Part shown: piece after piece, positions 26,910-39,872 of the stretch
How the letters are laid out: the number at the start of each line of letters is the position of its first letter
Position numbering within the stretch: the stretch's first letter is position 1
Assembly (NCBI GenBank): GCA_951406725.2
Contig: OX597835.1
Location: 36,952,001-37,016,000, forward strand
Direction of reading: 5' to 3'
Source of the DNA: Octopus vulgaris
Taxonomy: Eukaryota
DNA length: 64,000 bases
Program-made: the position numbers and the translations under genes
The notes under the pieces: model-generated
Seen by the model: the letters and a program-made list of their open reading frames with translations, nothing else
What the model was told of the DNA's origin: nothing
Databases searched by the model: none

Positions 26910-27049
26910 ATTAATCGGTGTGCATTCAAAGCAATGATTAGTAAATTTATGAAACCGGTATGCTTTTAAATCATGATGATGATGATGATTTAAAAGCATA
27001 CCGGTTTTATAAATTTACTAATCATTGCTTTGAATGCACACTGATTAAT
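26910..27049. repeat. Fold-back inverted repeat (65-bp arms, (GAT)n loop) containing a hammerhead-like fold (family H5)
   Basis: Arms 26910-26974 / 26985-27049. Inside: AAAGCA-ATGATTA-GTAAATTTAT-GAAA-CCGG-TA-TGCTTT (26928-26966). Confidence 0.8.
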
Positions 27050-27369
27050 GGACGGTGTCAGGTCTACTAGTCCCTGAGTAAAAAGATTATGTGTAAGGTA
27101 GGTAAGTAGTTCTGCATTTGGTGCAATTAGGGTAGATATAGATCTGTAATGTGAATGGTGTATGGGGGTTAGTAGTGTTCTGTATTATGTTATGTGTTCA
27201 TATTGAGTTGAGGAAGATATTTATTGATGAAAGTTGCCTCATAATTCATTCTTTGTTGTGCTGAGGTGTTCTGTGAACATCGATAGAAGGGGGAAATTAG
27301 AATTAAGATTCCTAGCATACCTTTCTTTGTGTTCACTGACCTGTATCTGTCTGTGTTGTGGGTGGTGGA

Positions 27370-27726
27370 TTTGTTCTGCAACCACATCACCCCTGACATC
27401 TGGCTACCCAACTCCCCAGCCTGCAACCCTTCTGTGTGGGTTGCAGTTGACCAACAAAACTCCTTGTAACACCGAAGATGAACTGAAGGCAAGGATTATG
27501 GCAGCATTCACCAACTTCAACAAGGGGACCATCGAGATGAGCTGCAGGAGATGCCAAAGTTATCTGGAGACTGTGGTTGAAGCCAATGGCAATTTTATTG
27601 AATGAATTTACTTAGTACTTCAAGATATTTTAATGTAATTTTGGTAAATATATCTGTTAAAATGAAATGTCAATGTTATTTTCATTTTTGCGTAATTCAG
27701 ACGACAGTTTATTCACCACATCCTGT
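27370..27726 (+). mobile_element. maT (DD37D)-type transposon 3' fragment
   Basis: TNKTPCNTEDELKARIMAAFTNFNKGTIEMSCRRCQSYLETVVEANGNFIE*, then TIR ...TTTATTCACCACATCCTG. Same family as 55790-56558. Confidence 0.82.
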
Positions 27727-27851
27727 GTGTGTGTATGTATATATATATACATATACACACATTTCGTGTGTGTGTGTGTGTATATGGATGGATGGATCAA
27801 AAGTTTGATTCAAATTCCTTGGTACTTTAAATTTCAAGTGAAATCATAGAT

Positions 27852-28071
27852 GTGGCAGATACTGGTGTCACACACCTGGCACCTGTGCCAGTGGCATGTA
27901 AAAGTATTCATTATAATCTCAGTGTGGTTGGCATTAGGAAGGCATCCAGCCATAGAAATCATGCCAAATTGGACTGGAGTCTGGTGCAGCCCCTCAGCTC
28001 GCCAGCCCTGGTCAAATTGTTCAACTCCTGCTAGCACGGAGAATGGACATTAGATGTTGATGATGATGATG
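27852..28071 (+). mobile_element. SINE-like family C
   Basis: TGGCATTAGGAAGGCATCCAGC block and (GAT)n tail. Confidence 0.8.
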
Positions 28072-28118
28072 TTAATCCTCAGCCATCGGAAATTTGTCCA
28101 CTCACTCGTGTGTGTATG

Positions 28119-28164
<46 letters not shown>

Positions 28165-29086
28165 CAGGGTGTCCATAAAGTCTCTTTACGATTTTAAAAT
28201 TTTATTACAAAGGCAGTTGACAAGATATCTTAACCAGATTTGTTTTATTGTAATAACTATTTATTAAAGTTTTTTTAACTGTTATGTAATAGACCTCAAT
28301 ATGGGTTCCATTAGTTGCGTGAAGCACATCAAGACGGTACTCGATTTCTTGCCATGTTCACTGTAGGATAGCCTCATCAACGGTGGCAATGGCATTACGA
28401 ATGCTTTGCTTCAAGTCAGCAATGTCCCATATCTTTGTTTGATACACGATATCTTCTACATAACCCCATAAAAAGAAGTCCAAGGGAGTGATATCTGGCG
28501 AACGCGGTGGCCATGGAATTGGCCCATCCCTTCCAATCCATCGGTCTGGAAATGTTTGATTGAGGAACTGACGAACATGCCGTCCCCAATCTGGTCGTGC
28601 ACCATCTTGCTGGGAACTGATGGTTGGTTGTAAATCAATCAGTTGTGGTGCCACATATTCGGTCAGAAGGTCGAGGTAAACATCTGCAGTAATTGTTGCC
28701 TCGTTGAAGAAAACTGGACCAATTATTCGATTGCACATGATTCCACACCACACATTCATTTTTGGACTATCCCGTTGAAGCTCCCTAGTCACAGGGGGGT
28801 GTCCTGATCCCCAGATTCTCACATTGTGTCTGTTTAATTTCCCTGAAACATGAAAAGTCGCCTCGTCACTAAAACAAACTCGCTTGAGGAATGCGTCATC
28901 CTCATTTTATAGGGGTTCAGTGAATCAGTTCCCTTCCATCAACAGAGTATCTGAAACACAAAAATTTAATATCAATAAAAACTTTAATAAACAATTATTA
29001 AAATAAAACAAATCTGGTTAAAATATCTCATCAACTGCCTTTGTAATAATTTTTTTAAATTGCAAAGAGACTTTATGGACACCCTG
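28165..29086 (-). mobile_element. Tc1/mariner DD41D (rosa/Visitor-type) element, internally deleted, ~110-bp TIRs
   Basis: TIR CAGGGTGTCCATAAAGTCTCTTT at both ends. Reads CFSDEATFHVSG...QQDGA-(41 aa)-PLDFFLWGYV. One premature TGA; N-terminal DNA-binding region missing. Confidence 0.92.
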
Positions 29087-29759
29087 TTTATATATTATAC
29101 ACATACACAGGTTTGAATATTTTATGAATGTTTATTCTTGATGTTAGTCATATTCGGCTTGTAATTCACTCTGTGAGGGAACATTTGTAAATAACATGTA
29201 AAAACCATACACACACACACACTAACCTTTTCTCTCTCTCTCTCTCATACACACACACACACACAGGGTTTACTGCTAATTTCACTGTTTACCTGTGCAA
29301 GTGACTGACTCCATGCACAAACATTTATATATATCCACACACACACACACACACACACACACATGCTTGCACTGAAGCATGTCCTCCTCACACACAAATG
29401 CATCTACTTGTTTGTATTGAAATACCTCTCTCTCACTCCTAACTTTCTTTTCTCTCCCTCTCTCTTCTCTCTTTCTCTCCCTCTCTCTTCTCTCTTTCTC
29501 TCCCTCTCTCCACATATACATGAACCACATTTAATACAAACTTCTAAACAAACTTCCTCGTAACATGCAAATATTATTTACTTAGCCAGCCCCCTCTCCT
29601 TACACACATATAAATGCACATACATATACACACACATATACATGCACACACATATGCACACCAACCAATAGACATAAACACAATGACATATATTCATATA
29701 CACGTACGCAATGCAGTGGTGTTTGTTTGCAACTACCACACATTGTCAAGACGAGGACA

Positions 29760-29990
29760 CATACATGCAACACACACACACAACTCACACACAACACACA
29801 CACACAACACCCACACACAAAACACACAACACCCACACACAAAACACACAACACACACACACAAAACACACACACACAACACAACACACACAACACACAC
29901 AACACACACAAAACACACACACACACACACACACAACACCCACACACAAAACACACACACACACACACACAACACTCAACACACACATGC
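29760..29990. repeat. CA-rich complex microsatellite
   Basis: (CA)n interrupted by recurring CAACACCCACACACAAAA units. Confidence 0.9.
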
Positions 29991-30544
29991 AAAAGTTTTC
30001 CTTCAGTTTCCGTCTTCTAAATTCCCTCACAAGTCTCTGGTCAATCAGGAATCTATCATAGAAGAAATCTACCCATGGTGCTGCATAAAGGGATTGAACT
30101 TGAGATCTCTGGGTTTAGAAGCTAGCTTCTTAGCAACACATCCACACCTGTGCCTCAGAATTGCATAAGGCTACCTTTTGTTGTTGGAATTCTTGATGAC
30201 TAACTCATAAATTTAACAAGTAAACTATTTCGTTGAACAACCGGTTACTCATCAGCAAAACAGACTGAGGATCCTTCATTAATTGTTTGGTTAATTGCCA
30301 AGGCATGTTTCCTCATTTAGCAATTACTTTCATTGATTGGTTTCATTGATTAATTAAATAATTGAGAAGATAAGCAATGCTGTTGGAGAGATTTTGTTTC
30401 ACTAAAGCGAAACCTAATTTTTTTTTTTTTTTACCAATGTACACCTGAGGTCATACCCTGTCATAATGGCCCCTGTTGCCATCTCAGATGGAACCTTTTA
30501 TCAACACAGAACTCCCCTTAATGGTTAAGGCCTAGTAGTTAGAT

Positions 30545-30745
30545 CAGTGCTTTTTAAACTTTTTGTTGGAGCGGAACCCCAAGGAAACATTCCACTGGCT
30601 TGAGGAACCCCTGTGCAATAATTTAATAGTCTTATGCACACATATCTGCACAGGAGAATTAAAAATTACTGCCGATTTTAGCAGCTTTGTAACTTCTTGT
30701 GGAACCCCTGGACTGTACTGGCGGAACCCTGCTTGAAAACCACTG
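30545..30745. mobile_element. hAT (Charlie-like) MITE inserted in a family E SINE head
   Basis: CAGTGCTTTTTAAAC...TTGAAAACCACTG with a perfect 8-bp TSD agttagat (central TA). Confidence 0.88.
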
Positions 30746-31628
30746 AGTTAGATTGTTACACTTGTGATTGCAAGTTTGTGGTTTCGATTCCCAGATTGGG
30801 CGGTGCTTTTTGTTCTCTTAAGCAAGACACTTCATTTCATGTTACTCCAGGCATGAAGTAACCGAATAGCCCTGTGATGGACTGGGATCCTGGGGGTGGG
30901 TGGGTGGGGGACTGTTGCAAAGTCTGTTACTTACATTGCCAAGGAAACCAGGTAGTGAGTTTTTGGACTTGAGGCAGAAATGTTCAGCGGTTGATGATGA
31001 TGAGGAGGAGGAGGAGGGCAAATGTTCTTTAGTGTGACGTGGTGTTATTCATAGCTAATGGCATTCTTGCATTTGTTTATCACCAACACCACCACCTCAA
31101 CTACAACACCACTACCAATACTACTACTGTTGTTACCACCACCACTACTGCCATCACCCCCAGCAGAAGCTGTTTGTCTTTCTCCGACTCCACCACCATA
31201 CAGTTAGTTCCATGATTCACTGTAGCTGTTAATGGTGATGGTGATGATGACTGTTTTCAATGATGATGCTGTTTAGTGATGATGATGATAGTTTTCAAAA
31301 TGAATTAACATTTTTGTAGTTTAGGGAGATAGGGGCAACGCCCAAGACTTCTTTTCCAAGGTCTTTGAGATTCCTGTCGATTATAATGATGGTAATAATA
31401 ATAATAATATTGTTTTAATGATATTGTGGATTATGCTGCTGCTGATGATGATGATGATGAATTTGTCATTGAGATTATTTACATTTGGAAGCTAATTAAT
31501 TTTGCAAAACCATTTTGGAGTTTCTTCTGTGATTCTCATTACTTTTGATATTAGGTGTGTGTGTGTGTAATCTGAATGCTAAAGTGTTGAGTGGAAACAT
31601 TGTTCAAAGTTGGATAAATAGACAGAGT

Positions 31629-32046
31629 GGATCTTTTCGGTTTGGCCGGCAGTTTTTCTAGCAGTGTCATATGAAATTGTCACCCATAATTATGACCCTA
31701 GTATCGATCTATTGCATTTCAATCTGTTTTAGGGTTAGGGGTGGGGGGAAGAGTATCTTTTTTTCTTCAGAAATGTAAATAAACCCAATCTGTTTCTTAA
31801 ACAAGGGACATATTTATACTGCACAGAATGTTTTTTTTACCTCAATAGACGTCATTGATCAGTTGAAATTGCAGAAATTGAAGAAAAAAAAACCCAACAA
31901 ATATCTTACAAACTATAGAATTTTCTCAATAAAGCCAAGAGAAAAAGATGTTTTATAAACACATTCTACCAGTATACAAAGTTTAAAAGGGTTTAGTTAC
32001 GTGGAAATTATTTTAAAAAAAACTGTCGTTCAAACCGAAAAGATCC
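31629..32046 (+). mobile_element. MITE family M
   Basis: TSD gacagagt/gacagaga. Confidence 0.9.
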
Positions 32047-32764
32047 GACAGAGAAAGTACTAGAATGGAATAATTCCAAGGTGTCAGTGTACTGGACGAA
32101 AAGCCATCGGTGTTGGCATCCCCAGCATGTCAAGAATGCAATGATTGAAACCAGCAAAAGAATAAAAGACTGCCTTGGAAGGGAAGGGAACATCTTAGCA
32201 GCCTTTTTTTTTCCTAATCTAGTCTTAGGAATCTCACAAATAAGGTCAAGTAGTGATCTATTATGGTACTAATGTTTCCTCAGACAGTTGACATGGTTAG
32301 AAAGAAAAAGAAGAACGAAGGGAGTTAGTGCAGTGGTGGTGACGGGGACATAGAGTAATATGGCATGGTTTTTTTGTTTTCTCTCTCCTTTATTAATAAT
32401 CGGGGGGGGGCATTTAATTCTCTCTGCTAATTGCACTTTGGTTCATTTATTCTGTTGTTCTCCTTTGTAAATCTGTGTGTGCTTATTATACACTTACATA
32501 GATTATAAATGTGTTTGTGTGTGTGTATAAATATTTGTGTATGTCTGTATATGTATATACATATGTGTGTATGAAAATAATGCTTGTATGTATGTGCACA
32601 CGTCTGTAAATATAAACGTGTAGATGTGTGTATGTGTGTGTGTGTATATATATATATATAATAAAATAATAAATAAAAGATATGCATATATACATACATA
32701 TATGTACATACCTACATCTATATGTATATATACATGCATATATGGGTACAGGACACCAAAAAAC

Positions 32765-33130
32765 ATGTATGTATGTATGTATGTATATATGTATATATAT
32801 ATGTATGTATATATATATTTATATATATATATTTTTATATATATATATATTTTTATATATATATATATATTTATATATGTATGTATATATGTATGTATAT
32901 ATGTATGTATATGTATGTATATATGTATGTATGTATGTATGTATATATGTATATATATGTATGTATATATGTATATATATGTATGTATATATGTGTATGT
33001 ATATATGTGTGTATGTATATATGTGTATGTATATATGTGTGTATGTATATATGTGTGTATGTATATATGTATGTATATGTGTGTATGTATATATGTATGT
33101 ATGTATATATAAGTATATACTTATGTATGT
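32765..33130. repeat. (TA)/(TATG) complex microsatellite
   Basis: Alternating purine-pyrimidine low-complexity tract. Confidence 0.95.
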
Positions 33131-33499
33131 ATGCATACATAAGGCTTAATATGTGTCTGTGTAAATATATGTATACGTGTGTGTATATGTGTGCGTGGGT
33201 GGATGTGTGTATGGGTGGGTAGATGTATGGGTATGTATTATATTTCTCAGAAATTTAAACTATACTTTTTCTTAACCCTGGGAATGAATTGCCTTTCAAT
33301 CGTACACCCTTCATTGTCACCAACCAACCAATCCAGCAATCCTCTCCACCAACAACTGGTCTGTCGACTTGCTCGTCTCCCTATTTACTTAGCAAACCAC
33401 CCTTCTACAAGTCACCATTCAAGTTTTCGGCTTTGCGTTTTGGAGTTGCCTCCCTTCTCTCGCTTGCGTCCAGGATTGTTAAACTTTTTTTTCTTATGT

Positions 33500-34280
33500 G
33501 GGTATTTCGTCTGCCGCTACGTTCTGAGTTCAAATTCCGCCGAGGTCGACTTTGCCTTTCATCCTTTCAGGATCGATTAAATAAGTACCAGTTACGCACT
33601 GGGGAATCGATATAATCGACTTAATCCGTTTGTCTGTCCTTGTTTGTCCTCTCTGTGTTTAACCCCTTGTGGGCAATAAAGAAAGAAATAGGTATTTCGT
33701 CTGTCTTTACGTGCTGAGTTCAAATTCCTCCGAGGTCGACTTTGCCTTTCATTCTCTCGGGGTCGATGGATTAAGTACCAGTTGCGTACTGGAGTCAATC
33801 TAATCGACTGGCCCCGTCCCCCAAATTTTCGGGCCTTGTACCTTGAGTAGAAGAGATTATTATTAATTATTATTGTTGTTGTGTTTTGTTATTGAAGACG
33901 AGGAGCTGGCAGAAACGTTAGCACGCCGGGCGAAATGCGTAGCCGTATTTTGTCTGCCGTTACATTCTGAGTTCAAATTCCGCTGTGGTCGACTTTGCCT
34001 TTCATCTGTTCGGGGTCGATAAATTAAGTACCAATTACGCACTGGGGTAGATGTAATCGACTTCATCCGTTTGTCCTCTCTGTGTTTAGCCCCTTGTGTG
34101 TAGTAAAGAAATAAGTATTTCATCTGCCGCTACCTTCCGGGTTCAAATTCCGTTGTGGTCGATTCTGCTTTTCATCCTTTCGGAGTCGATTAAATAAGTA
34201 CCAGTTATGCACTGGGGATCAATGTAATCGACTGACCCCCTCCACCCAATTTTCAGGGCCTTCTGCCTAGAGTAGAAATA
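33500..34280 (+). mobile_element. Two SINE family B dimers
   Basis: Junctions at 33691/33692 and ~34114. The downstream units carry a different, older tail (…ccccaaattttcgggccttg…agtagaa…attatt). Confidence 0.85.
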
Positions 34281-34757
34281 TTAAATCATTATATATTTAT
34301 AATAAATGCCAAAACGAATTTCTGTGTGTCAGCGTGTCACACTTACAGCGTGTCTCTTACTATTCAATGACACTTTTTCTACTCCCGCTTGCTGGGGTGA
34401 GAGTAATCCTAGACATAGAGACGGTGAGGCCGGGCAGTAGATTCACAGTTGAGATGGTAATGGGGCAATAGTAATAATATGAGCTGTAGTTGTGATAGAG
34501 GCGGATGCGATGGTGGTGGTAGTAGAGGCGGTCAAGCAAGCATGACGGTAATAGTAAGGGATGTAAAAGACTGGTGATGATGGTGGAGGGGAAAGTGGTG
34601 AAGTCAAAGGTGTTAGTGGTGGCGTCAGAAATCTGAATGGTGGGTGTATGGCAGTTGTGATAGCGATGGCGGTAACCGTGTACTGAACCCCACTATCCCC
34701 CCCCCCATCCCGAATGGGAAGACAAAAAATGTTGTTATGAAACTTTGCAATAAGTTC

Positions 34758-35090
34758 CATTCATCATCATCATTTAACGTCCGTTTTTCCATGCTAGCAT
34801 GGGTTGGAAGGTTGGACTGGGGTCGGTAAGCCATGGAGACTGAACCAGGCTCCAATCTTGATCTGGCAGTGTTTCTACAGCTGGATGCCCTTCCTAATGC
34901 CAACCACTCCGTGAGTGTAGTGGGTGTTTTTATGTGCCACCGGAGGCTGGCATACGGCCACGATTGGTCGGTGCTTTTACGTGTCACCGACACGGACGCC
35001 AGTCAGGCGGCGCTGGCATCTGCCATGTTTGGACGGTGCTTTTTACGTGTCACCGGCACAGGTGTCTTAACTGCAATTTCCATTTGATTT
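34758..35090 (-). mobile_element. SINE-like family C
   Basis: (CAT)n, ctacagctggatgcccttcc and three tandem ttttacgtgccaccg units. Confidence 0.85.
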
Positions 35091-36256
35091 TTATTTTGAT
35101 GTTGGTGTTCCATTGTTTTGATGAAAATTATTCATTGCTTGAAAAATATTGTTTAAGTTTAATAAATTTAATAATGTACTCAATACATGAAGTGTCATTA
35201 TTGGGCTCAAGGCCCAATGAAGAGCCCTCCACAGGAGCTAGCTTAAAAGTCGCTCGATAGGGTGGCTTTTAATACATATGTTTGTTTGTACTCCACCTGC
35301 CTTCATCTTTTGTTTATTTTCGTAAACCTTCCCGTTATATATATATAAAATATAAATTAGAGATAAAACCACTATTATGCAACTCAAACAGTGATAGACA
35401 TAAACAAATACATAAATAACAAATTATATTTTTATAAAACATAATTAGATCTTAAAAAGTATAAAAATGAATGATCAATATTATAATAAGGAAAAAACTA
35501 CATTTATTGTGTGTGTTTTGTTATCAAAGATACACTTTGTTAATGAACTTAAAGTTCTAAACTTTGACCACCAGTACTTCAGAAAGGTCACCAACTTAAC
35601 CCTAAGATAACACATGGACAGTTTGCACTATAATCAACCTGTTAGTTCTTACCTGCTAATTATTTCTCTACATTCGTTTACGTTGCACCCACGCGCAGTT
35701 TAAGCACAACACACAAACTGATGATGTGTAATTTGACACCACTAAACTGGTTATCTTGCCCCGTGGAACATCTTCCCCACTTCCTCATCACCATCGCAAT
35801 CTGACGTCATGAAAATCTCAAATCCTGCAGGTTGCCAACCACTAGCTTAAACCACCTGGTGGAGCTGCTTAATCTGTTTTCTTTATCATGTGGAAGGATG
35901 TAGATAGTTATCTGATGTCTCTGTTGTAACAAATTATTCAGTGTGACCTGGAAGAACCCCGAAATATTGTGTTGTTGCCCTGGGCCGACCAAAGCCTTGT
36001 GAGTAGATTTGGCAAATGGAAACTAAGAAAAGCCCATCATCATCATCAAACATCTGTTTTCTATGCTGGCATGTATTGGACATCATGTGTGTGTGTGTGT
36101 GTGTAGGCATGGCTGTGTGAGAAGAAGCTTGCTTCCCAACCACATGGTTCTGAGTTCAGTCCTACTGCGTGGCAGTGTCTTCTATTATAGCCTCAGGCTG
36201 ACCAAAGCCTTGTGAGTGGATTTGATAGACAGAAACTGAAAGAAGCCCATTGTATG

Positions 36257-36296
<40 letters not shown>

Positions 36297-36572
36297 CAAC
36301 TAATGTAGGATAAAATTTTTTTTTCGAAAAAAATTTTTATCAATGGCCAGCATATCAAAAAATACCTTTAAAGGTTAAAATTATAAATAACTTATAAAAT
36401 AAGTGCAAAAGAAAAATTTAATGCCAAATATGCCGAAAAAGACAAAATTGTCAATAACCATTATAATTTATGCGTCTTGAAATGCATAAATTATAATGGT
36501 TATTGACAATTTTGTCTTTTTTCGGCATATTTGGCATTTGAATTTTTCTTTTGCCCTTATTTTATAAGTTAT
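36297..36572. mobile_element. (TA)n-flanked fold-back element (family H4 end), ~87-bp inverted arms
   Basis: Arms 36387-36473 / 36484-36572; homologous to 22216-22310. Confidence 0.8.
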
Positions 36573-37046
36573 ATATATATATATTGAAGATAAACAAGAA
36601 TGAAAATGTTACTTTCTTAAAATTGGGTGTGTTTTAATTTACATGATTAGGTTTTTTGAAAAAACCTTATCAAAAATAAGTATAAAATATGTGTAAAGAG
36701 AAGAGAGCTACTAATAAAATTAAATTAAAATCAAAATTAAGAATAACATTCATAGTTTACTGTCCTTTCTTCTTGCATGAGCAAGACTAGTGTGGTCAAG
36801 ACTTACCTCAAAGGTAAGACATTATTATTGTTCACTGATATTTTTTCCTATCTTGTCTGTTATAGATTTGTGACTATTCAGTGGTACAGAAGTATTTTGT
36901 AACTTCTATCATTAACGATATAGGTACTCATGTAGTACCCTTGTGTATATATGTACATGTTTAATATTGTATGTATATATTTTATTAATTTGCCTGTACA
37001 GCTGATAATTTGCTTACCACTTGTGATGGTATTTTAATAATACCAT

Positions 37047-37087
<41 letters not shown>

Positions 37088-37239
37088 TCTCAGTATAGCT
37101 AGTTTAGAGAATTTAGACTCAGTCGGTATTTTCTTATGAAGTGTATTTCCTTGCTAATGCGTTCATTTTGGCTAGCGTTGTCTTTGAATTTGTATACCAA
37201 CCATTTTTTAGACCCAGTACACAGGAACAGGGATACACG

Positions 37240-37835
37240 ATGGCACCAGAGAAACCAGTGTTAAATAAAATAGTAAATCTCTCTAATAAAGAACTTACAC
37301 CCAACCAGATAAGCATACTATCCAAGGGGCTAAAATTTACACCAACCCCTCAACGACCAAATTACCATGAAATGAAAGATGATATTTCTGAGTTTTGTGG
37401 AAAATTAAGATTAGCCGAGGAATTTTATGACAAACACATTGACGACGATTCAATAGCTAGAAATAGCAGCAACTACACCCCTGCAGAAGGAAAGAATAAA
37501 GCCCTGGACCAATTCTGTGAGCACATCACCAATTACCCTTATCAACTCACAAATAAACAAAAACACAGACCAAACTTCAACAACAGACAATGGAACGACC
37601 GTAACGAACTAAAAGAAGATAAAGCCATAGCAATCAAATAGGCAGATAAAGGTAACGCAGTAGTCCTAATGAACACAAGGGACTATAAAAATCTAGTACT
37701 ATCTCTATTAGGGGATGAGACATATTGCGTAAAAGGCCCAACATAAGATAATGAATAATCTCAGGACATTAATTAACTCGTACTGAAAAGGACTTACAGA
37801 CAAGGAATACGACTACATTACCAATTTCAGGAGTA
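37240..37835 (+). pseudogene. Penelope-like element ORF N-terminus (pre-RT region), truncated
   Basis: MAPEKPVLNKIVNLSNKELTPNQISILSKGLKFTPTP...LRLAEEF...ELKEDKAIAIK*ADKGNAVVLMNTRDYKNLVLSLLGDETY shows the PLE NLS..L..GLxFxPTP and ADKG motifs. Starts ~155 nt after a (TA)n. Confidence 0.88.
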
Positions 37836-37902
37836 AATCAACGAGTCAATATTTGCGAGGTGCATCTCAAGTGCAATGAAATTGAATTTTTTTAAGATGA
37901 AT

Positions 37903-38200
37903 CATCACTCTCTCTCTCCGCTCAGTCGAAGTCGACTCTCGGTCACTCGTTGGATCAGTGTCCTCCAGTCAGTTCTATCCTGGGCCGCTTCCTTCAGACT
38001 GGCCATGTTCATTCTGGTATCACTCCTGATGGTGTCAAGCCAGCGGGTTCTTGGTCGGCCTCTTCCTCTCTTGTCACTGACCATTCCAAGCATGATGTCC
38101 TTCTCCAGGGATTCTCTCTGCATAATATGACCGAAATATGCCAATCTATGCTTGGTGATCCCAGCTTCTAGCGACATTTTCGGCCTGATCTGCTTAAGAA
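37903..38200 (-). mobile_element. RTE/BovB-type LINE 3' fragment
   Basis: SLEAGITKHRLAYFGHIMQRESLEKDIMLGMVSDKRGRGRPRTRWLDTI...AQDRTDWR..IQRVTESRLRL. Confidence 0.92.
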
Positions 38201-38850
38201 CCTAGTGATGAAAAATGGATTGTCTACAATAGCATTAATCAAAAACAATCATGGTCCAAGCATAATGAACCAGCATAAACCACATCGAAAGCTGAATTGC
38301 ATCAAAAAAAGGTCATGCTGTTAATTTGATGGGTTTACAAAGGGGTTGTGTATTTTGAGCTGCTTCCAAGAGACCAAATGATCAATTCAGATGTTTACTG
38401 TCAACAACTAATGAAACTGGTGGAAGCAGTCAAAGAAAAACGTCCAGAATTGGCAAATCGTAAAGGAATCATGTTCCACCATGACAATGCTAGACCACAC
38501 GTCTTTGCTAACTCGTGAAAAATTATTGGAGCTTGGTTGAGAAGTGATGTCACATCCATCATATAGCCCTGACCTTGCACCATCAGATTACCATTTATTT
38601 CGGAATTTGTGAAATTCTTTGAATGGTAAAACTTTCAATAATGAAGATGACCTGAAATTGCACTTGTTTCAGATTTTGGCTGATAAGCACCAGAAGTTCT
38701 ATGAGTGCAAAATCATGAAGTTGCCAGAAAGATGGCAAAAGGTCACTGAACAAAATGGAAAATATATAATTGATTAAAGTTCATTCTTTGTATGCAAAAA
38801 GAAAAAAATGACTTTCATTTTACACTAAAAAAACCAAGATTACTTTCTTG

Positions 38851-39066
38851 TTTCTTTACTACCCACAAGGGGCTAAACATTGAGGGGACAAACAAGGACA
38901 GACAAAGGGATTAAGTCGATTATATCGACCCCAGTGTGTAACTGGTACTTATTTAATCGACCCCAAAAGGATGAAAGGCAAAGTCGACCTCGGCGGAATT
39001 TGAACTCAGAACGTAGCGGCAGACAAAATACCGCTAAGCATTTCGCCCGGCGTGCTAACGTTTCTG
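38851..39066 (-). mobile_element. SINE family B inside the mariner TIR
   Basis: Consensus monomer, slightly 5'-clipped. Confidence 0.88.
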
Positions 39067-39426
39067 ACCAACCCAATAGCTAAGACTGAAGGCAAAAACC
39101 AGTAGGTCCTCAGGGACCATATGATTGATATGGTTAAAATTTCTCTTGGACATGTGTGTCACAAGGTGTCGTGGAGGCCCGGGGTGGGGGATCAGAATTG
39201 TTGATTGCAAACTCTGGTAACTAAGGACTGGACACAGTGAATACTGAAGGGTCTTAGGTGTTGAGGGAGATGGGCATGAGGGGGTGTTAAGAGCAAGTTT
39301 ATTGTATTGGCTATTGGAGTAGTAGTAGTAGTAGAAAGAGAAAGGGGACAATAGAGCTGAAGATGGAGAATATTAGGGACATATCAATGTGCTCACAGTG
39401 TGTGTGAGCGTGCATGAATGTATGTA

Positions 39427-39465
<39 letters not shown>

Positions 39466-39477
39466 TCATATACTCTC

Positions 39478-39677
39478 TCCCTCTTTTACTTGTTTTAGTC
39501 ATTTGACTGCGGCCATGCTGGAGCACCGCCTTTAATCGAGCAACTCGACCCAGGGACTTACTCTTTTGTAAGCCCAGTACTTATTCTATCGGTCTCTTTT
39601 GCTGAACTGCTAAGTGACGAGGACATAAACACCCCAGCATCGGTTGTCAAGTAATGCTAGGGGGACAAACACACACA

Positions 39678-39718
<41 letters not shown>

Positions 39719-39872
39719 CGGGCTTCTTTCAGTTTCCGTCTACCAAATCCACTCACAAGGCTTTGGTTGGCCCGAGGCTATAGTAGAAGACACTTGCCCA
39801 AGGTGCCATGCAGTGGGACTGAACCTGGAACCATGTGGTTGGTAAACAAGCTGCTTACCAGCCACTCCTATG
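39478..39872 (-). mobile_element. SINE family A
   Basis: Full-length reverse copy. Confidence 0.9.

Larger units (their letters stand above)
37840..39076 (+). mobile_element. mariner DD34D transposon, 5'-truncated, interrupted by BovB-type LINE and SINE B
   Basis: ..IIT|SDEKWIVYN...HQKKVML...GVVYFELL...FHHDNARPH...YSPDLAPSDYHLF...LPERWQKVTEQNGKYIID*. The 3' TIR ..ttactttcttg|ccaacccaa|TA is split by SINE B. Confidence 0.9.
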
